Source of the DNA: Patescibacteria group bacterium
Lineage (GTDB): Bacteria > Patescibacteriota > Microgenomatia > 0-14-0-10-38-17
Length of the DNA: 64,000 bases
Direction of reading: 5' to 3'
NCBI GenBank assembly: GCA_050953885.1
Contig: JBMNNJ010000001.1
Span: 271,437-335,436 of the forward strand
Part shown: positions 59,042-64,000 of the stretch, piece by piece
Layout of the letters: each line of letters starts with the position of its first letter
Position numbering within the stretch: position 1 is the stretch's first letter
Notes under the pieces: generated by a model
The model's database searches: none
What the model saw: the letters and a program-made list of their open reading frames with translations, nothing else
Told to the model about the DNA's origin: nothing
Translations under genes and position numbers: made by a program

Positions 59042-59705
59042 CGCGATTTTAGAGGTCAGACCAGGCCCCGGGGGAGAGGAGGCCAGGCTTTGGCAACAAG
59101 ATCTCCTGCGTATGTACGCCCGCTTTAGCGCCAAAAAAGGTTGGCAAGTAGAGGCTTTGGATGAAAACACTCTTCGCGTTCGGGGAGAAGGCGCTTTTGA
59201 AATCTTAAAAAACGAAGCCGGCGTTCACCGCGTTCAGCGAATCCCCAAAACCGAAAAAAGAGGCCGGCTGCATACTTCCACCGCTACCGTTGCCGTCTTG
59301 CCAGAAATCCCGGAAACAGAACTTCGCCTCTCTCCTGATGAAATTGAATTTGAAGCGTTTCGCGCTGGCGGCCATGGAGGGCAAAATGTTAACAAGGTCG
59401 CTACTGCGGTCCGTCTTCGTCACAAACCCACCGGCATCGTTGTTTCCTGCCAATCCCAACGATCGCAGGAACAAAATCGCCAACTGGCTCTAAATTTGCT
59501 CCGCGCCAAGCTTTGGCAACAAGAGGAGGAAAAAAAAGAAGTAAAAATTAACGCCCTGCGACGGCAGGCCATTGGCAGCGCCAAAAGAGCCGAGAAAATC
59601 AGAACTTATAACTTCCCCCAAAATCGGGTTACCGATCATCGCCGCGGCAAATCATGGAAGGTTTTAGACGAAGTGATTGACGGAAACTTGGAAAAAATTA
59701 TCTGA
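59034..59705 (+). CDS. prfA: Peptide chain release factor 1 lacking the N-terminal domain (223 aa)
   Basis: [14 protein letters not shown] (PxT), [34 protein letters not shown]; directly follows rpmE. Confidence 0.85.
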   Translation: MANAILEVRPGPGGEEARLWQQDLLRMYARFSAKKGWQVEALDENTLRVRGEGAFEILKNEAGVHRVQRIPKTEKRGRLHTSTATVAVLPEIPETELRLSPDEIEFEAFRAGGHGGQNVNKVATAVRLRHKPTGIVVSCQSQRSQEQNRQLALNLLRAKLWQQEEEKKEVKINALRRQAIGSAKRAEKIRTYNFPQNRVTDHRRGKSWKVLDEVIDGNLEKII

Positions 59706-59714
59706 CCCCAATGG

Positions 59715-60872
59715 TTACTCTGTTCTTTCTCGCAGGGTTACTTCTATTTCCTGGTTTTCTCCTTCCCGCCACAATAAAATTTTTACTTTCTCGCCCACCT
59801 TTTTCTTATTAATAATTTCTGCTAAACCTCCTTTGGCATCTTTTATTTTTTGGCCATCAATGGAAATCAGAATATCGCCTCTTTTAATTCCCGCCTTGTC
59901 AGCCGGCGAACCCGCCGCCACCTCCACCACATACGCCCCTTCGGGAATTTCGTTCAAAATTGCCGCTTCCCGAGAAATCATCGTATAATTAACCCCTAAA
60001 AATGGTCGGGAAAATTCACCTGTCTGGCGAAAATCGGCTAAGGCAGTCTTAACTGTATTAATGGGAAGAGCAAAGCCGATATTCTCCGCCCCCGAGGCCA
60101 CCGCCACATTTACTCCCACCACCTGTCCCGCCGAGTTGATTAACGGCCCGCCGGAGTTGCCGGGATTAATCGCCGCGTCAGTTTGAATAACATTATCCAG
60201 TTCTTCCACATAGCCTTCAAAAACAGAACCGGCGGTGATGCCCCGCCCCAGCCCGGAAATAACCCCGGTGGTCACCGTATGGCGAAACTCGCCTAAGGCC
60301 GTCCCAATCGCCACCACAAACTGCCCCACCTTAAGATTATCGGAATCGCCCAGCTCTACCGGCGTTAATCCTTGGGCATCAATTTTTAAAAACGCCAAGT
60401 CGTTAGCCGGATCGCGGTAAATATTTTGCACCGGGTAACTTTGATTGTCGGCGGTAATCACCTGATACTGGGCTTGGCTATCGGCCACCACATGCTTGTT
60501 GGTAACAATCAAACCTTGCGCGTCAACCACAAAACCGGTTCCCACATCCTGCTGGATTTCCTGCTCGCCGCCGGGGAAAACAAAGCCAAAAAAAGAAAAA
60601 AGATCCGAAGGCAGACCAAGGGATTGCTTTTTCTTCATCCCCACCGTGACCACCGAGGGGGAAGCTTTTTCGGCCACCTCAATCACCACCGATTCTTCCC
60701 GCACCACTTTTTGCTCCACTACCGTCGTCCCCGGCGAGGAAATGCCAGAGGGGGAAGAAAAACGATCCAAAAAACCAAAATGAAATTGGCGATCCAAAAA
60801 AGCGCCTCCTAAAACCAAACCGACCGCCAAAAGAACAATGGCAAAGTTAATCAGAAGGTTTTTGGGCTTCAT
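59715..60872 (-). CDS. HtrA/DegP-family serine protease with one PDZ domain
   Basis: TNKHVV, DLAFLK, QTDAAINPGNSGGPL, GSPADKAGI. Confidence 0.95.
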   Translation of the reverse strand: MKPKNLLINFAIVLLAVGLVLGGAFLDRQFHFGFLDRFSSPSGISSPGTTVVEQKVVREESVVIEVAEKASPSVVTVGMKKKQSLGLPSDLFSFFGFVFPGGEQEIQQDVGTGFVVDAQGLIVTNKHVVADSQAQYQVITADNQSYPVQNIYRDPANDLAFLKIDAQGLTPVELGDSDNLKVGQFVVAIGTALGEFRHTVTTGVISGLGRGITAGSVFEGYVEELDNVIQTDAAINPGNSGGPLINSAGQVVGVNVAVASGAENIGFALPINTVKTALADFRQTGEFSRPFLGVNYTMISREAAILNEIPEGAYVVEVAAGSPADKAGIKRGDILISIDGQKIKDAKGGLAEIINKKKVGEKVKILLWREGENQEIEVTLRERTE

Positions 60873-61024
60873 TGACCTTATTAAACTAATGAGAAACGAA
60901 TAACCGAATTGCGAATAACATATTCGCTGTAAACTGTTGCGGGCGTATGCAATACGCCACCTACGGATTGCGATTCGCTAACATTCGCGTCTATTCGCTT
61001 TCTATTCGTGTCAATTCGCCTCTT

Positions 61025-61858
61025 TTAACAATTTAACAATCTACCAGTTAACCCTCTTCCTCTTCCGAAAGCACCTTCCGTGGGTTTGGAAAGAACCTCT
61101 TCACCATTTGTCCAAAGATAAATCAACACCGCCTCCATCCGCTGGCTCTCTTCTTTTTCTCCCACTAAAACCACCCTTACGCCTTTTTTCAAGTCGCTAA
61201 AGTTTCCTCTCACCGGCCCTTTTCCGGCCTCTTTTTTAATAACCCTTGCCTTTTCGGCATTTATCTCCCAAGTTTGGCCATCATTCCCTTCTAGGCTAAA
61301 AACCGCCTCTTCCTGGGAAACATCGCTTACCCGGCCAAAAAAAGACTGCCGGGCAATCTCTTGCGGCCTACTTTTAAGAATTCTCTTGGCCGCTAACTCT
61401 GGCGAAGAAAGCCGCTCTTGATATCCCATCGCCACCAAAAAATCGCCTTCCCTTAAGCTTTCCGGCGTTATTTTCTGGCGATTTTCATTTAAAAAAACCG
61501 TTTCCTCATCAAAAAAAATTCTCTTGCTTTCTTTATCCTTCAAAAGAACGATTACCCCCTCCTGGTTGTCAACCGAAACCACTTCGCCGCTCCAGCCTTT
61601 CTTAACCGGTGTTAAGGCTTCTTTCCCTTCTGCCTCCTCAATAAGCGCCTCTACCTCTTCCTGGATTTGTTCAACTTTTTGGTTATCCTCTTGGCTAAGA
61701 GGAACATCAACCGTTTCTCTTGCTTCCGCTAATGCCGCCGCCTCTTCTTGGACAATCTTCTCCAAATCGGCCGCAAAAACTCTCCTGCTCACCGCCATTA
61801 GCAAAAAAACCAACAAAAAGCCCTTGGTAAATAAAATTATTTTTTTTCTTTTTCCCAT
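61025..61858 (-). CDS. Hypothetical exported protein with two OB-fold-like (DUF5666-like) repeats
   Basis: Signal peptide; LREGDFLVAMG and LKKGVRVVLVG repeats. Confidence 0.6.
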   Translation of the reverse strand: MGKRKKIILFTKGFLLVFLLMAVSRRVFAADLEKIVQEEAAALAEARETVDVPLSQEDNQKVEQIQEEVEALIEEAEGKEALTPVKKGWSGEVVSVDNQEGVIVLLKDKESKRIFFDEETVFLNENRQKITPESLREGDFLVAMGYQERLSSPELAAKRILKSRPQEIARQSFFGRVSDVSQEEAVFSLEGNDGQTWEINAEKARVIKKEAGKGPVRGNFSDLKKGVRVVLVGEKEESQRMEAVLIYLWTNGEEVLSKPTEGAFGRGRGLTGRLLNC

Positions 61859-61871
61859 AAAAAACCGCTTC

Positions 61872-62300
61872 TTAAATCTTAGCGGTAGAATAAACTAAAG
61901 TCAAGTTTTTTTCCGCCTGATTGCCTTCCTCATCATAAGCAGTGACTTTAATTTCATTTGCCCCACCTACAAGGGTGATTTCGGTTTCAAAATTACCCTC
62001 TTCATCTGCCTCCACAATATTCTCTCCTTCAGGATAAATCACCACCACCACGCTTTCTGGCGCCGTTTTCCCCTCCAAGGTAATCTTCTCCTCCTCAATA
62101 ATGCTTTCATCTTCAGGGCTAATAATTTCAAGAGAAAGGGAAGGAACAGGAGCAAGAGTAGGGGGCTGTTCTAACACTGGCGTTGGCGTAATATTTAAGC
62201 TTTCCTCTGTTGTCGCCTTATTTGTCCACCAAAGCCCCCCAATAACCAACAAGCCTAACACCACCCCGCCAACAATGGCTAAAATAACTTCTTTACGCAT
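61872..62300 (-). CDS. Membrane-anchored protein with an Ig-like domain
   Basis: N-terminal TM; LEIISPED, ADEEGNF, GANEIKVTAYDEEGN. Confidence 0.75.
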   Translation of the reverse strand: MRKEVILAIVGGVVLGLLVIGGLWWTNKATTEESLNITPTPVLEQPPTLAPVPSLSLEIISPEDESIIEEEKITLEGKTAPESVVVVIYPEGENIVEADEEGNFETEITLVGGANEIKVTAYDEEGNQAEKNLTLVYSTAKI

Positions 62301-62377
62301 ATTTTTAACAACTATATATACTATAGTCTATCCCCCACGGCATTGTCAATGGGAAAAATTTGTGGTAAAGTAGGGGT

Positions 62378-63034
62378 ATGGAAATCTGGTATTTAGGCCA
62401 TTCTTGCTTTCGCTTGCGCACCAAAAACGGGGTAATTATTACCGACCCTTATGACCCTCAAATTGGCCTCAAAATGCCAAAGGCAGAAGCGGAAGTCGTC
62501 ACCGTTAGCCACCACCATTTTGACCATAATCGGCCTGATTTGGTAGAAGGTAACCCCAAGGTATTAAAATGGCCGGGAGAATACGAAATTAAAGAGATTT
62601 TTATTACCGGCCTGCCTTCTTATCATGATAAAAAACAAGGGCAGGAAAGAGGAGAAAACGTTATTTTTCTTTTTGAAGCGGAAAAGATAAAAGTTTGTCA
62701 TTTAGGCGATTTAGGAGAAAAGCCAGCGGCAAAAGTTTTAGAAACCATTCATTCGCCGGACATTCTTTTCCTTCCTGTCGGCGGCAATTTTACTCTTTCT
62801 CCCCAAGAAGCAGCCGCTTTAGCAAAAGAGCTTGAACCAAAGATTATTATTCCGATGCACTACCAAGTTCCTCAATTAGCAAGCGACTTAAAAGAAAAAT
62901 TAGCACCTCTTTCTGAATTTGAAAAAGCCTGGGGGCAAAAAATAGAAACTCTTCCTAAACTAAATATCACCAAAGATGATCTTATCTTAAGTGAAGGAAT
63001 AAGGGCCGTGCCCTTAGAAGCGCGTAACTCGTAA
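62378..63034 (+). CDS. MBL-fold metallo-hydrolase
   Basis: LGHSCF, SHHHFDH, HLGDLG, IIPMHY. Confidence 0.9.
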   Translation: MEIWYLGHSCFRLRTKNGVIITDPYDPQIGLKMPKAEAEVVTVSHHHFDHNRPDLVEGNPKVLKWPGEYEIKEIFITGLPSYHDKKQGQERGENVIFLFEAEKIKVCHLGDLGEKPAAKVLETIHSPDILFLPVGGNFTLSPQEAAALAKELEPKIIIPMHYQVPQLASDLKEKLAPLSEFEKAWGQKIETLPKLNITKDDLILSEGIRAVPLEARNS

Positions 63035-63097
63035 TCCGTAACTCGTAACCGGTAAATAAACAAGCGCAAAAGCGCAATAATACGCGAATTGACACGA

Positions 63098-63240
63098 AAA
63101 ATAAACTCAAATCTCAAAACGCAAATGTCAAATCTACATGGCAAATGTTAAAACTTTTTAAAGCTTAAAGTTGTTTTTAGTTTTTAGTTTTGAGTTGTAG
63201 TTTTGAGTTTTGCGATTTAACATTTGAGTTTATTTATTGT
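63098..63240 (-). mobile_element. ~140-bp MITE-like element, copy 5 (reverse)
   Basis: aaataaactcaaatctc...ctacatggcaaatgttaaaac...tttgagtttattt. Confidence 0.8.
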
Positions 63241-63304
63241 TTTTAAACTTTGATTTAGGTTTTGTCCCGCTATGACGGGACATTTTGCCTTTTGACTTTT
63301 TATC

Positions 63305-64000
63305 ATGCCTACTCCTATCCGCATTCCTCCCCATTCCGATGAAGCCGAAGAATCGGTCTTGGGCGCCATTTTAATTGACAAGGACGCCATTGTGGCCATA
63401 GCGCCAAAGTTAAGACCGGAATTTTTTTATGACGAAAGCCGGGGGCTTATTTTTAAAGCCGCCCTTTCTCTTTATGAAAAAAGAAAACCGATTGATCTGG
63501 TCACTTTAAGCGAGGAAATAAAAAAGGATAAGGCTTTAACTAAAATAGGAGGGAAAACATACTTGGCCAGATTAACCAATTTGGTACCCACGGCCGCCAA
63601 TGTGGAAGAATATGCCCAAATTATTAAAGATAATTTTGTTAAAAGAAAACTTATCAGCCTGGCGGCGCAGATTTCTTCTTCGGCCTTTGAAGAAGGGGAG
63701 GCCACCGAAAAAATTTTAGACCAAGCCGAGGGAGAAATTTTTTCTCTTTCCCAGTCAAACCTCCAACGCAGCTTTATCCCCTTACGAGAGGTGCTATCCG
63801 AATCTTTTGACCGTCTGGATGAGCTTCATAAGAGAGCCGGTGGCCTGCGGGGAGTGCCTACCGGTTTCCCAGAGCTTGATAATCTTCTGGCGGGAATGCA
63901 GGCTTCCAACATGATCGTTTTGGCGGCCCGGCCGGGCATTGGCAAAACCGCCTTGGGTTTAAATTTTGCTCGCCACGCGGCGGTGGAAGAAAATTTAACC
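63305..64000 (+). CDS. dnaB: Replicative DNA helicase, runs off the window end
   Basis: Read directly: MPTPIRIPPHSDEAEESVLGAILID...PTAANV...GVPTGF..LD....G......LAARPGIGKT. Confidence 0.95.
   Translation, partial: MPTPIRIPPHSDEAEESVLGAILIDKDAIVAIAPKLRPEFFYDESRGLIFKAALSLYEKRKPIDLVTLSEEIKKDKALTKIGGKTYLARLTNLVPTAANVEEYAQIIKDNFVKRKLISLAAQISSSAFEEGEATEKILDQAEGEIFSLSQSNLQRSFIPLREVLSESFDRLDELHKRAGGLRGVPTGFPELDNLLAGMQASNMIVLAARPGIGKTALGLNFARHAAVEENLT

Overview
A 64-kb chromosomal segment of a small-genome bacterium using standard code 11. By inference it is a Patescibacteria/CPR member, probably Microgenomates-like. It is mostly core genes: lower glycolysis (ppsA, eno, gpmI), ADP-forming acetate-CoA ligase, DNA repair (lexA, uvrA/B/C, xth, MGMT, rarA), translation (rpsF-ssb-rpsR, rpmE, a short RF1, hisS, map, rsmI), secG, a MacAB-type ABC exporter, three proteases, 17 tRNA genes and partial dnaB. 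The unusual content is as follows. (1) An AT-rich island after tRNA-Gln is cut into cassettes by three direct copies of a ~120-bp multi-hairpin repeat. It carries a helicase-nuclease, a PIN toxin and genes truncated at the repeats, with no integrase in the window. (2) A dense, nested set of non-coding repeats fills many intergenic gaps: a ~140-bp MITE-like element, REP doublets, GTCAT hairpins and 18-22-bp palindromes with matched filled and empty sites. (3) An S41 protease has a J-domain-like segment where PDZ normally sits. (4) There is a Cfr-like rRNA methyltransferase, a domain-1-less RF1 and an archaeal/eukaryotic-type DRG GTPase. All family calls come from motif recognition by eye and from recalled sequences; no database searches were run.
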